Assembly (NCBI GenBank): GCA_012295275.1
Contig: CM022665.1
Coordinates: 19,344,001 to 19,408,000 of the forward strand
DNA length: 64,000 bases
Origin: Chrysomallon squamiferum
Lineage: Eukaryota > Animalia > Mollusca
Reading direction: 5' to 3'
Position numbers and translations under genes: made by a program. The notes beneath the pieces are model-generated. The model ran no database searches. It was not told the DNA's origin and was given only the letters and a program-made list of their open reading frames with translations. The first letter of the stretch is position 1, and every line of letters starts with the position of its first letter. Shown in pieces: positions 1 through 14,134 of this stretch.

Positions 1-109
1 AAATATTTAGAAATATTTGGAATATTAAAGAAAAACAAAATGTACTGCATCACTGAAAAAAGATTAGACTGTGAGACAATATAATAAAGATTTGACTAAA
101 GTGAATTAC

Positions 110-3100
110 CTTTGACTGACAAAGTGCTGTTGTAAAGAAATTCTGAGGTTTGTAGTTGGCAGCAGCTATAGATGTACATTCACTTTTTGGTTTTTCATCA
201 AATTCCATGTCATCAGGAATATATCTATATGAAAAACAATGTGTAACTCATTAATAATTATGTTCTTCAATAAATCTATGACATAACTGAAAAACAGGCA
301 AATTATTGGTCAGTAGAAAAACAAACAGAAAAAGGGAAGAATGTTTTAGCAGATAATTATTATTAAATTTTAATTTAAAACTTTAGGTACAAATACAAAC
401 TTTCCTGATCAGCTGTCATTACAGGTATGGCTATGTTCATTTCTGAAGTACAAAAGTAATTCCAATTTACAAAAAAAATGTATTTCCCAAAATACATAAA
501 AACCGTTTATTTTAAAAATTTAATTTTTTAAATATTTTTACCTAAGGTCTAATTTAGATGAACTACTTTCAAATTCTCGTCCATCACATTCATCATAGAC
601 ATAGCTGGCAGTCTTAACAGAGTCAAAATCTGCCACTGCATAGTAGTATTTCAGTCGATTCAGCTGATACTGTCTGAGCTTCTCACGATTGTAACAACTT
701 CCTACAAAAAAGGTAATTTCAGTTTTATTTATTTACTTATATTTTCAAATTATATAATTTCCATAAAATAAATAAATCAATAAAAATAATAATCATTAAA
801 ACAAAAAATTAAAAGACTGAACCACAAAATTAGAGAAGGAAAAAACTAGGTCTATACTGGTGTATATTATTTTTTTTAAAGATTATCTCTTTGGTTTTAT
901 TTTACAAACATTTTCAATGAAAAGCAAGTGCTATTTGGTGTGGAACTAAGTTAATTATTTAATATCTAAAACAAATTTGAATAAAACTGTTTTTAATTGA
1001 ATGTTCTAAAATCAATGTACAATCAATACTGGATGTTCAGTAACTAAATTATTATAAATGATACTGTTACTCAAATGATTAACAAAAATACCATCTGGTG
1101 TTTCATCATCTGTTACTAGTTTTTCATCTTGTTTTGTCAGTTCTACTGGACCACTTTGTTCTTCCTCAGCCATGCGCTGTTGTCCATATTCTGAAGCATA
1201 AATCTGCAAATCAATGAACAAAAAACTGAATTATATTTCTTTCCTGCAAAACAAATTAGAAACTAATAATAATAATAAAATAAAATAAAAATGCAGTTAT
1301 CCAGTTCTTTGAATTAAAATTAAGGAACCTCACTGAATAAAAGTAACTGAAATAGTAATTAATAGCTGTAACGACAAAACATAAAAACATTGCTACTTTT
1401 ACAAGATATTTTTCAGAAAATAAAAATATACCCACAGCCAAAATGAAACTTTACTGTTGTAAAACTGAAATTTCAGAAAAACTGAAAATCAAGCTGACAC
1501 TTAATCTATAACACATCAGCTGAACACAACCAAGAGTGTATGCGAAAAATGATACAATACCAGGGTGGGTTTTAGGGGAAATGTGCAGAAAAATGAACAG
1601 CATGTGCTTTGCAAACAACCACAATTGCACATGCAACTAGAGTATAAAAACGGTTTAGGCAGTGTGTTACACATCCACACTGAGAAAATATCACCATAGG
1701 AATGCCATGAATGACATCTGAATGCGAGTGAAATATAGATATGATAAAAATGGGAACTACCAATGCCTTTATTGCTAGAATCTTTGGTTGTTTACACGTT
1801 TCTCTTGCCACCTTGATGCCACGTTACATGGCAGACATGAGAGAGGCAAGGACCAGGTAGACTGAGAGTGAAAAAGCCCTGTGAAGACTGGTACCTGTAG
1901 ACCTTACATCTGCAGAACTGCTTCCTGGCACAACGTTGGCAGTGACATGACTGGTAGTCTTCACTAATTAAAGCACATTCTGTTTGTTCAGAGTTGATTG
2001 AAGATGGTGTGTTTACTCCCAAAGAGGAGAATGAACAGCAATTTTTAAAATTTATGTTGAACAGGTTGTGCCATATTGTGGATGAATTGTCATGGTTTGG
2101 GGAGGGATCTGAGGGATTACTTCATCATTAACAGAAACTAAAAACTCAGTGTTTCATCTGACTGTCAAGTTATGTCATTTATCAGTATGGTAATACTTTT
2201 GTCATTTTTAGGGTTTATTATGTTGTCATACTGATCTTTTCAATAGACTGAAATGAAATACTGGGCAACAAACACCTCCTCTAGGTTTATTTCCAGTACT
2301 AGTTCTGCAAATCATGCACTGGAAATATAACTATTTCAAAAAGCACAAAACAAAATTAATCTGATTTATTTTTAAACCTATCTGTCTTCTGTAATTATTT
2401 AGTCATAAATATGCTTAATTTTCATTCTGCTGGTAGACAATAACAGAAAGTAAAAATGCACCTTAATTGAATAGAGTATGCCTCCTGGTTGAACAAAGGA
2501 GCTGATTAGAAGAAAAAGGTCTTGAGCTTTAATTCTGTCCCAGTCCATGTTGCATATAGCCAAACGATGACCCAGTTCTTTTGCTTCAGGAACATCTTTA
2601 TCCAGTTCTCCCCAGCCATGATCAAATTCATCATCTGGATGTTTCATCAAACATAACAGTCATTTAAACAGTGCAAAAGATAACATATTTTATTTATGTA
2701 CAAATGGACAAGTTTAAATATATTTGTACTAATGTTAGTACATGTATTAAAGATGATTCATAACAAATATTTCATTTTTATCAAAACGTAATAGATTATA
2801 AAAAAAAGGTCTGTAAGTAAAACAAAATGACCATTAATAATAATAATGTTTTGTAACAAGAAATATAGTGCATAGTCATAATTATAGGCAATAATAAATA
2901 TTTATTTAATTAAATTTATGAAAACAAAAACCTGAGAGCACTTACCAAGATTATCATACAATTCTTCATCTTCAGAAGAACTTTCCATCACAACTGCTCC
3001 TCTTGCCATATCTGGTGCTCTTGTTAGGTCTAAAACAACAACAAAAATAATAAAATTAAAAAATAAAGAAAGAAATGTATATAAAATTTAGCATTTACAA

Positions 3101-4333
3101 ACCAGCTTACAACATTACATGCTATATACTGAAACATTTTATTAATGTATTCGTATCACAACTTTTAACAGAAATATATCTCATTAAATATAATTTTCTG
3201 CAATTATATGAAAAATGTTCTTCCTTATTAATATCTCTTCTGAAGAGCTTTCAATACAAATGTGTAGGATGCCTGGATATACATTATATATTCTTGTTGA
3301 CAGAATACAACAAAGAAAACAATAAAGAAATACAGTGGATAGTGGTGCCTGGTACTTTGGACAACTCTAACTTCAAACATTCCAGAATTCAAATGCTAAA
3401 TTTGAGAGAAATTCAACTGATGCTTTTACATTTGAACTGCACAAGCAATATAAAAAAAATGTGCTTGCTATGTGAATACCATCTGTTGTGCACCCAGTTT
3501 TTATCTCAGTCTCACTGTAAAAGCATTTCTTATGTTATTCTTATGTGTTTTAATTCATACTTGCTTTATTTTTTTATTTATTCATTTTTTCTGTAATATT
3601 TCTTGGACTTGTTCTTAGTATATATATGTAAAATACTAATAATAAATAAAAAAAATTAAAAGACAGTACACTGAATAAGTAACAGTGGGAAGGAAAAATA
3701 AAATTTAAAAAAACCTTGAATTATTTTAAATGCTAATTAATAATATATTATCAATTATGAATATCATACAGTCACATAAAGTGGAATAATACCTTTCTTT
3801 TTCTTTTTCATTTTCTTTTTCTCTCTTTTCACAGTCTTCCTCTGTAGGCTATTAGCATCACTATTACTGTCTTCATTTTCAATTAAACTTTTTACTTTAT
3901 TACTTACTTTTCCATCCTGTTCTGAACAATAATTTTTATTTTTGCCTATTTGTTTTGGTTTTGAAGCAGTTTTAACATCTGAGGAATCATCTAAATGTTC
4001 TGACTCTAGGGACTCATCATCAACATCTCCTTCATGTTTATTCTTAATGTTGTCCATTATATCATCAGAAGCACTGTCATCTTTATCACTATCATCAATA
4101 TCACAACTATCTTCACTTGAGAGTTCATAATATTTCTTAAGATTTTCATTTGTTGATGTGTCAACTGGCCTTCCTCTTTTATCCACTGAATATTTGAGTT
4201 TAAATCGCTTGTCACTAAACATGACCTGAAATCGCTTGTCAATAACCACTTTTCTTTCCTTTCTTGGCATCTGTTTGAATCTAGGATCTTTAGGAACATG
4301 TTTGAATCGAGGATCGCTTTCAATATTTTCCAT
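110..4333 (-). CDS. ESF1: ESF1 nucleolar pre-rRNA processing protein, 5' part (continues beyond the left edge)
   Basis: GT-AG coding exons with consistent phases: 4333-3793, 3029-2946, 2634-2462, 1203-1092, 701-542, 224-110. Motifs match the ESF1 family: [89 protein letters not shown]. Confidence 0.96.
1500..2150 (+). mobile_element. Decayed Tc1-family DNA transposon relic in an ESF1 intron
   Basis: From ATG 1702 the interrupted frames read [51 protein letters not shown]. This resembles the Tc1 paired-like HTH and GRPR..T..EDRYI..LRNRF region. Stops and frameshifts are present; boundaries are approximate. Confidence 0.7.
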
Positions 4334-5449
4334 TGTTAATAATTAATGTCAATCTGAAATTAAATATTTTATATAAATCAAAAATATCAAGAGACATGCT
4401 TCACTGCAAATAAAGTAATATCTGAAAAAAAGTTTATTATTACCAATATTTATCTTACAAAATTATTAATAATAAACACTTAAAAACTGAGGACTTAAAA
4501 TAACCATCTGCATTATAATAAAATGAACTTAATGTACATTTTTTAAATCTTACACTGCTTTCATTTTAATGATGATTTTTTTCCTACTCTATCTATAGCA
4601 GTAGACTGAGTGGTAGCTTTACTAGTTATAGGTATGTGACAAAACCTGTCTCTGCACTGCAGCAAAAGGTTGCCTTATTTTTGCTAAGTATAATCATGTT
4701 CCTTGAAGGGAGTTCTCTCACTCAAGTTTCTGTTTTTACATATTTTCCAAAAACAATAATTATTGTGGCACAGAATCCACATTTAGCTTCATTTCTAGAC
4801 ATGCAAACCATGATAAGCTATGGGAAATATACAGATAAGTTTACCATTAACTTTAAATCATGTCAGATGTGCAGATTACACCTTTCTCCCATAGTTTGCA
4901 AAATTTGATACAAATAATCGAGGTAGCAGCTATAAATGTGTTCTCAGCAAATGACAAAGCCATACAATTTGAATTACTGTTGCTGCCAGTGTCCGAGAAG
5001 TTTGATGTTTTCGGTTTCATGTATTACATTGTGTGATTTAGTAATTATGGGTCATAATATTTTAGGGCAGTTTTAGATAATATTTTCTTTTGATGTAAAG
5101 GTGTTGATTATGAAGAATGTTCTTAGCAAGTAAGATTTTTATAAATTTTCTGAAATTTGTATTATGAACACAAATACTAGCAAATTACTGCTAATTAATG
5201 TTATTACTTAACTGGTAAATAATCTAATGATACATGATTTTATAGAAAAATTATGTTTTCAAAAATTGTATCCCTTCAGGGTCAGCTATACCTACTACTA
5301 CTACTACTAGTACTGTACGAGTACTACTAGTAGTTTAATAGTTAGGACTTAAATTACAATAAGTCCAAATTTTTAATGAAAATATATATAGTCAGTATTT
5401 GAATGTATTTAAAGGAATATAAAGGTAATTCTTAATATTTTATATAAAT

Positions 5450-5800
5450 TACTCTGATAAAGAATCGTCGTGCTTAAATGTACATTAAATTATTACTTCT
5501 TGTATTCAAAGTGAAATGATAACACGTTCTTCGCGTTTCCTGTACACTGAACAGTACCGCAGTTAGATTGTGTTAAATATCAGTTTTCGTTTATTTATTT
5601 TTATAATGAAATGAGTAAAATATATTTACAGATATTTCCACTTTTCTCCAATAAATTCAAAACAATAATATAATAAATAAACATTTAATGTTATTTTTAA
5701 TTAATATATAATCATATTGCATCTATTACGGTATCACTATCTGTTTCCGTTTCGAAGTTTCCGTTTTGACAGCTTTGAGACGACGTATTTTGGTAATTTC
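5450..5800. promoter_or_regulatory. Probable bidirectional promoter of ESF1 and GCC1
   Basis: Local cluster of CpGs in an otherwise CpG-poor background, with two TTCCG (ETS-like) cores near 5745-5763. Candidate donors point outward: GTAATT on - near 5447-5452 and GTAATT on + near 5793. Lies between two divergent genes. Confidence 0.55.
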
Positions 5801-5886
5801 ACTCCCCTCCACTTTTCTCTTTTAATTAATTTCCTATAAACAAAATTAATTAAATTTATTTTAGAAAACAAAAACAAAACATTAAT

Positions 5887-5923
<37 letters not shown>

Positions 5924-6146
5924 TTAATAGTTTATGTTTGATATTTCAAAGGAATTCTTAGAAAAATGTATTTTGTCATTAAGCATTCAGATGTTAATAA
6001 ACTTAAAACTATGATTCAGATAATAATAGTATTAATAGTGGTAGTAGTAATTAAAATTTAAAAAATCTTAATAATAATGAGATCATTACACGCTGCAGTG
6101 TTTCATTTTTGATAATTTAATAAATTCAAAAAAGTATTTTTTTTAA

Positions 6147-6182
<36 letters not shown>

Positions 6183-6397
6183 GATTATTATTATTATTAT
6201 TATTTCTACTCTCCATATGTCTCGTTTTGGATACTATCAAGGTTAGATAAGCTTATCCATTTTTTGAAAAAAGCTTACTAGAATTTATAATTCTGTATGA
6301 AAAAGCTGCATCCTAAATTTTAGAATTTAATAGTTTAGGCAGTTATAAAGTGTATCTGTACTTTTGTAACAGGAATTAAGAAAATGGACTAGTAGTG

Positions 6398-9300
6398 ATG
6401 GATCGCGCTACTAGAAATGAACTTCTCAAAACAATTGAAAGTCAAAAGGAACAGCTTCAAAGATATGAAGGGAGACTGCGAGGTACAGAGTTTGTGTGGT
6501 GTTAACTTTTTGTTTTTCATAATGTGGCCATTAACAGGGTACTAAAACAGAATTTTTTTAATTTTTATCTCCAATAATATATAGCTGATATTTTTCCAAA
6601 GTATTGCTGTAAAACATTTGAATATGGCCTTACAGAACAATAATAACATACAGTGCATTTTGTTATGAAGGACTTAATATTCAGCATTTGCACGATATTG
6701 ACATTTTGATTTAATTTTAATTTTTATTGTTTGCTGTTATCACAAATTAAGTTTAGTTATTGTCTTAACATGACAAATTATGTTTTCTATTCAGACGTTG
6801 TTACGGCATACAAAGGCTTGGTAAAAGAAAAAGAGGCTTTAGAGGCCGGTATCAAAGTTCTGTCTGCAAAAGGAGACAAACCCGAAGAAAAGAAACCTGA
6901 GAACACAGAAATATCTGATCTAACTTCTGAAGAAGAGTTTGTTGATCCTCTGAATGCTAATGTGAGTAACAGAATATAAATAAAAATACAATTTAAATAT
7001 TTAAAAAACATAAATTTAACTTTTAACTGCAGTGCATAAACAGTAATTTTATGTTTATTTTTGGATTTAATAAAATTAAATGTTTTTTGTTGTTAAGATG
7101 AAAAATTATTTTTCACTTTAGCTGCATGTTATTAATTCATAATGTTTTCATTACCGCATTTCTTTCTTTTGAATAACACAAATATTTTTCTTCTGACAGG
7201 ACTGTAATCATTTAATATTTACATTCATTGTATTTTTGACCCAGTTATACAGTAATTGGTTTTGTTAATATTTTAGAATGGAGAAGACAAGTCAAAAGAT
7301 AATGAAGTTGAAATACTAAGAAACCAAATACAAACATTGTCAGAATCATTGTCTACTCTAACACAGGAGAAATCCAGACTTGAAGCCAACTTTGTTGCTG
7401 ATCACAAAAACTAAGGGTAATAAAAAAGTTGTTAAATATAAAAGATATTTCCTGAATTACCAGAATCAGTTTTTTGTTTCTTTTAAGTGAACAAAATATT
7501 TTTGTTCAGTTTTGAATATTTAAAAAAAACAAACATAATATATATATAAAACACATACACAAACATACACTAGACTTTGTGAAAACTGGCTTTTGACTAA
7601 TCCGGATTTCTGTGTAAACCAACACCATTTCAAAGTCCCATCCAGCTATTGTTAATGTGTTATTCCGGGTGTAAATCCCATAACTATATAAATATATAGT
7701 ACACAATTTTGCAAGTATAATCACTCCTTATGATGACAGTTTGCAAATAATTAGACTACGGCGTGAGATGAAATAATTGTGCTTCTTAGAAGCTTAATAG
7801 TAATAAACAATCATGTCATGCTTCTTGTAATTGCTATATGCAGCTAGAGGGTGTTGATACTTAAGTGAATTAACTCATTTAGATTTAGTGTCAAAAGCAG
7901 AAGTCTATGTAAATACATATGGTGCACATTTTGCATTGTCTTACTGAATTCGTCATGATGGCAGAGTGACCTACAAAAACAGCTACTTACCAAATTTTCA
8001 TGTCAGTATAAAATCAGATTAATAGAAGAGTTTTCATCACATCCACTGTGTAAACCAAAAATTTTAGCTGTGCAGTTTAGTAGTGACCATTACCAGTAAT
8101 TGTAATGAAACACATTCTGATTTCACATGATTTTAATCTTCATATTGGTCCCAAGTGAACCTGATTTTGACAGTCCACTGTGTGTGTGTCTATAAAAGAC
8201 AGTTCTATTAAGTTTAAGTGAGGATTATGTTTTTAAATATTTTCAATTACATTACAGCAAGAAAATAAAGAACTTCAGAAGGCACTTGTAGAACAGAAAG
8301 AGAGGGCAGAAAAACAAGTACAAGAGTTCAGTTGTCAGATCCAAGAGGTATGGGAGACACAAAATGGTAGTTTAAAAAAAATATAAGTGGACAGAAGTGT
8401 ATTGTAAAGTTATGACTTCTTTTATGAATATTCTGTTGATACATTTTATATACCTTCTTATTTGCTTGGGTCTGATAACAGATGGCTATCCTGGTTATGA
8501 GATAGTGAATGTAAAAAAATTATAATGATTCATTTGGTATATCATTCATTAAACTGGTTGTAAAAAGAAACAAAATCAGTATTATAATAATTTTTTATTT
8601 CATGCAGTTTCACTTTGCTTGATTCTTGATTAATGCAGTAATATTAATTGAAACTGTCCCTTGATATGCATGATAATAACACACTAGTGAGTGTCAGTGT
8701 GAGTGAGCATTCAAACTTAGCCACTAAGGAGATTGTGTCATGTGTGACAATATGATTGCCAACTAGTGACTTTGTGGCACGCAGTTTCAGACTCGGTCAT
8801 TAAAAAGCAGTTGTTGAGAATATGCCATATATACTAGCTACATTATTTTCCAAAAAAAGTTTCCCCTATTGAGCACTTTCTAAACAGTAAAGTGAGAAAA
8901 AAAGAGAATATATTAGGTAGTTGAACCTGGATGTTTTTGAGTCAGTATTTGATCCAGGATTAGTTATAATTTTTACCATCTGTTATTTTATTTGATTTAT
9001 GTAGTTTCAGTATCTGCAGTAATGTCAATGGATTAATTAATCATGTTAATCTAGGGATACCTGAATATTTATTTGTGTGATGTCTTTGGTTATATTGTTA
9101 TGATTAAAACAAAAAAAAGATTAATGTTTACAACTGCAGTCATGTGGTTCTTAATATATATTTTTTTTTCACTTATTACAGTTGAAAAATAAAATCCGAT
9201 GTCAACAGCTGGAACGGGAGAAGGAGCAGACAGATCATGTAGTGATGTTGAGAGAACTGCAGAAACTGGTTTCCATGGAGAGGACAGCCAAGGAACAGCT

Positions 9301-11709
9301 TGAACTACAGGTTGACAGATATTATATGTCAGATATACAGGGTTTCCACCAGAAAAAAAGATAGGTGGTAACTGGTGACCCACAAGATATTGTAATATGT
9401 TTACTGTGATTACACACTTTATATTACAACCTGCCCAATACACTAGGTCTCTAAAAGAAAATATATTGTATAATCGTAATTTCAGGTTTATTGTCCCCAA
9501 AAAATCTGTGTGGTCTCAACAGAACAATCTAGGATTTCTTGAAGGCCATGCCTACAGTTTGTGAAAGTCAAAACTTTCTTTGCAATGCTGTTCTGTATCC
9601 ACTAATGGCCGACAACTTATTTAAAACATGACAAGTAATGTGTATATTCATTTTGACTGCTGTTAATTAAAATCAAGGTAAGTGCTTATATTTGTATAAT
9701 CACAATAAATGTTAGCTATCAGATAAGTATGTGGCAACATCGTTCTTTTTGACATTACCTGAGTCCACCATGTTCGTGTAGGCACTGGTAACCAGCTGAT
9801 GTGCACAACCTCCAAAAGTACTGTTTTAGTTTCAAATAATTTTTAGGTATGTCATAAATATGATGTTATTTTTATAGGTTTTTTTTTTTTTATAAAGCTT
9901 TTATTTAATGAAGGGTGGTTGCATTTAGTTATTTACCTCACAAATCAAGTCTTTTGAATAGTTCTTTCAGGACCGGGGCACGAGTTCAGTGCTTGCCATA
10001 GGCGCTATTTCCCCCAGCTATGCCCCTGTTTGTGTGTGTGTATATGTATATCTATATGTTTTGTCACATACCTGTGTCAAGAGATCTTGTGGGTCACCAG
10101 TTACTGCCAACCCAATTGTTTTGTAGAGAAGCAGTTCATAATCACTCTGTATGTTCATGGAAAAAGTGTAATTTTTGTCATTTTTATTCTGATCTGATAC
10201 ATGTGAGGCACCAGCCCTTCTTAGTTTGTTAGACTACTTTATTAAAAATAGATAAGTTGTTCATCAAATATAAGGCTTTTCTACCCATGGAAAATTTTAG
10301 GGTGAGCTTTTCTATCCTGCTACCTTTCTGGCAGAAAACATGATATAATATTAAAATATGTATTTTAGTAATTTGAAGCATATTCTATATTGTGTTGTAA
10401 GGACATCATTACATTAAGCAAAAGAGTTAGTCACAGGTAAAGCTGTATTTTTATTATGCAGCTCATAATGAAATGTACATATATAACTTTTATATACTAA
10501 AGTTAGCCAAACATAACAGTGTAAATAATATTTTTTCCTGTATTATTAACTGATTTCTGTAAAGGTATGAAAAGTCATTAGCTCAACTGCCTTTGACTTC
10601 GCATACAAAATTAATGTCCAACTTTTCAGGTGATAACATTGTGTGGGATTTTTTTCTTTAACATATTAGCTTAGTATTTAAACAGTTTTAGCTTATCCCA
10701 GTGAGGTCATCAAGAACTTCATTTTCTGAAGTCCTTCAAAATTTTGTCCATGGCCTATAATGTATATATTTACTTTTTCATTGGTAAAACAGTGATTCCT
10801 TGCCTTAAAAATTTCATACTTACATTAGATAGATTCCATTAGACAGTTGTGCTACGGTATGATATATTGTTGTTTTTTTGTTCTTAATAAAGTAATTAAT
10901 TTTATTATTAATATTCATTTAATGTGATATTAATAAAAAGAGAATACCTTATTTTTGAATGCTCAAATTTAGTTCATCTGAATTTGAAAGTTACCATATA
11001 TAGTAACAAATTATTTTTATTAGCTGTAATAGAGTAACATAATATTGCTTTCAGTATCAATAAAAAGCCATTGATTGGTCTAAACTAAGGAATAATGGTA
11101 GTGCAGGTTCAGTTTTTAATTATGAAGTACTAACTACAAAATAATTCAGTTTTACATTTTTTTCAAATACTGAAAGACGCTGCATTCTTATTAGCAGAGT
11201 ATCATGACAATGTTGATGCATTTCAGTTGGCCAAATTTGACCAAGGTCTGTTCATGGTAACTAATATAATCCAGATGCTTTGAAAGTCTTTTTCTGCATT
11301 TTAAGGTTTTATCCACAACATGTCTATATAGATCTTCCATAATGACATACCATAAGAAAGCAGCAATGTTGCTACATAGGTGCTCCTAATAACTGATTTT
11401 GAATTTTTCCAACATGTTTTGTTTCAGTTAGAAGAGGCTCAAGCTGCTCTTAAAGAAAAAGACAGTGTTCCTGACATTTCTGAAGAGTATCAGAGAAAGA
11501 TTAGACATCTGTCAAATGAGCTCACAGTGTTAAGAGATAAAATGAAAGCAGCCGATCTGAAATCAAGTCACCCATCACCACTTCTCATAGAACTACAGAA
11601 TGAAATGGCACAAATAAAGGTATTAAAATACACAATATATTAGAAAATACTTTTGTTTATTTCCATTTTTTTAAAAAAAATCACTTAATTTTAAAGCCAT
11701 GTCAAAAAG

Positions 11710-11749
<40 letters not shown>

Positions 11750-14134
11750 ACTCAAGTGGGTTTATTTGAAAAAATATATATGTCAGTTTTAGTAATTCAT
11801 CAGAATTCTAGAGTTCAGATGAAATCTTTATATCAAATAATTTATATTTGTTTATTTGCAAGTTAGTGATTTAAATATTTTACTATATTCTGACAGAATT
11901 ATGTATACTAAATATAAAACATATGTGCTGTCTTATGTTTCTCACTAAAAGGTTGTGTATTTGAATTTCAGTTTTTTAGTCCTTTATTTCTTTATGACTG
12001 CAGATAATATTTATGGAAAACTTTAACTTTTCTTTAGGCACAACACCAAACACAAGTCCAACATGAGCAGAGGCGAGCCAGAGAAGCTGAAGAAAAACTT
12101 CACTTTTGTTCTCAAAATGCTGAAGAAAGAATTTCCAGCCTGGAATCAAAGCTGTCTGAACTGTCTGATGTTGTTGGCAATTATGAGAGACTTCGATACC
12201 AGGACCAGCAGGCTATTCACCATCTCCGGGAACGTGTCACCCAGCTGGACATGGAGAATACAGCATTAGCCCGAGCAGCCAGCTCCCCAACACATTCTGA
12301 AGCTGAATATAATAATCTTGATGCTCAAGGATTAGCAGACCAGATAATACAGTTGAAAACTTTCCTAAAGAAGGCAAATCAGAGATCTGAGAAACCCATC
12401 AATATTGAAGGTAATAAAGAAACAAATGTAAGCTAATTATTTTTTTAAATTTTAAGATTTTAATGTCCATTGCATAATGTCAGAGGAGATTATGCAGGTA
12501 AAGATAATTGTAATTTTTTTTTTTTTTAGAAAGTGTCAAATTTACAAGGGAAACACGTAAAGGGTTTTTAAAGTAGCTGACAAATGGATTTCCATAAATA
12601 GTTTATTTTGAAAGAAGTTATTTATTTACACTATTTACAAAAAAATTAAAAATAACCTATTTATAAGAATTATTACATATGGATATGATATCTAAATTAT
12701 AATTCATTTATTAGTTTTAAAAATCTAAAATATTCTTTAGAAAAATTAAAACAGTAGACTATTTTATTTTCATAAATTACTAATTTTATTTATTAGCAGT
12801 AATGATTAAAAGAATGTTATAAGTATTTTATTGTACCTTATTGTGTAGATATTCTAAGAGATGAAGATTATGACAAAACAGACGAAGAAAATATCTTGTG
12901 TACAAAATATAAACAGGAACTTGAACATGTACGTGAGGAGTTTGAGAGATACAAGCTGAGAGCACAGTCACTGTTGAAAAACAAGAATAATAAGGTCAGT
13001 TTTATCAGTTTCACATTGAAATGTATTTGGATGTTAAACAATCACAATTTGTTTGGTGATTTTGCATCTTTTAAACCATTAACTGATTAAGGGATTCATG
13101 TTTTTAAAAGCCAAAAAAAAGTGAAGTAAAGATTATGTGATATATATTAAAATTAATTTGTAATTATTTCATCGTTTCAGCGAACATTACATTTGATGCA
13201 TTCTGTTTTTATTACAGTTCATAAACATCAATATCTGTTCATTAGAAACCAATAAATTAATTAAGTAGTAATTTTTAACAGTGTTTATTGCCAGTATTTG
13301 CATGCATTTTTAAAATTTATATTCCAGGACACTACAGCATCAAAAGAGGTTGATACTCTTAAGGACATAATTGTTGAACTTCGAGAGAAACTCAGAATAA
13401 CACGCATGAACCATGATGAAGAAATGCAACAAAGCAAACTAAAGATTGAGCAGCTGAGTAAGAAAATTATCTCTTTACAAGAGAAACACAAGCAGGAAAT
13501 GGCTATCCTTGATGCTGAGAATCAAAAAAATATCAGTGAGGTACAGTTAGAATTAAAGAAACAAAGAGAGAGGACCATTTCAATGTTAGCTGAGAAAGAA
13601 CAAGAATTACAGTCACTGCGAGCAACATTTGGCCAGAAATTGAATCTAAATTACTTAGATGATGGTCATGATTATATCCACAGCACAGATGTTTCAGAGA
13701 ATTTGAGACATCAACAGTCACAAGAAGAAGCAGCTGTTAACAGATTACTGGAAAAGCCATCATTTGCACAGGGCGAACCAACACTATTGTATTTTGTTCA
13801 AGAGCAGTCTCGGAAAAATGTTGAGATAAATGTATTGCGCAAGCAGAAGCGACAGTTGGAAAATGAACTTAGAGAGCTTCAGCATTCATCCAGTATGAGT
13901 GAAGAAAAACTGATAGAAGAATGTGAATGTTTGAAAGAAGAGATTAGAAAGCACAAACGGGACAAATGTAGAGAAGGGGCTAATCTTGAGTACTTGAAGA
14001 ATGTAGTTTATCAGTTTCTCATCAGTATTGATATTCAGAGCAAACAGCAGATGTTGAATGCCATTACAACTATTCTCCAGTTCAGTCCCAAAGAAAAAGA
14101 AAAAGTTTTTGTTAGCAGAGGATGGCAAAGGTGA
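6398..14134 (+). CDS. GCC1: GRIP and coiled-coil domain-containing protein 1 (GCC88 golgin); 1-nt frameshift in exon 3 as assembled
   Basis: Exons 6398-6482, 6795-6961, 7277-7416, 8258-8347, 9182-9310, 11428-11619, 12038-12410, 12849-12994, 13328-14134. The N-terminus LLKTIESQKEQLQRYEGRLRDVVTAYKGLVKEKEALEA, the segments QEKSRLEA and DHVVMLRELQKL, and the C-terminal GRIP domain EGANLEYLKNVVYQFL..AITTILQFSPKEK match GCC1. About 709 aa if the missing base is restored. Confidence 0.95.
7568..8180 (-). mobile_element. Non-autonomous Tigger/pogo-type element (copy 1 of a family also at 31038-33090)
   Basis: The reverse complement of 8146-8180 (CAGTGGACTGTCAAAATCAGGTTCACTTGGGACCAA) matches 31038-31073. 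The reverse complement of 7910-8040 aligns with 31501-31630. Termini are CAGT-like and adjacent to TA/TG. Confidence 0.7.
9338..10135. mobile_element. MITE-like element with long terminal inverted repeats (hAT-like CAGGG end) in GCC1 intron 5
   Basis: Perfect 21-bp inverted repeat GTAACTGGTGACCCACAAGAT (9368-9388) / ATCTTGTGGGTCACCAGTTAC (10084-10104). The left end starts CAGGGTTTCC; the right terminus is degenerate and no TSD was verified. Confidence 0.55.

Noticed and set aside
1985-2135. C/D-box snoRNA candidate in an ESF1 intron (ATGATGA ... CTGA on -)
   Set aside because: Poor terminal stem, long spacing, and it overlaps the Tc1 relic.
3075-3596. 173-aa + strand ORF and many other short ORFs in the track
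   Set aside because: These are intronic, antisense to real exons, or microsatellite-derived (poly-SL, RE, CV, K), with no recognisable domains.
4568-4612. ATGATGA...CTGA C/D-like pair on +
   Set aside because: Only ~45 nt long and antisense to the host ESF1 intron.
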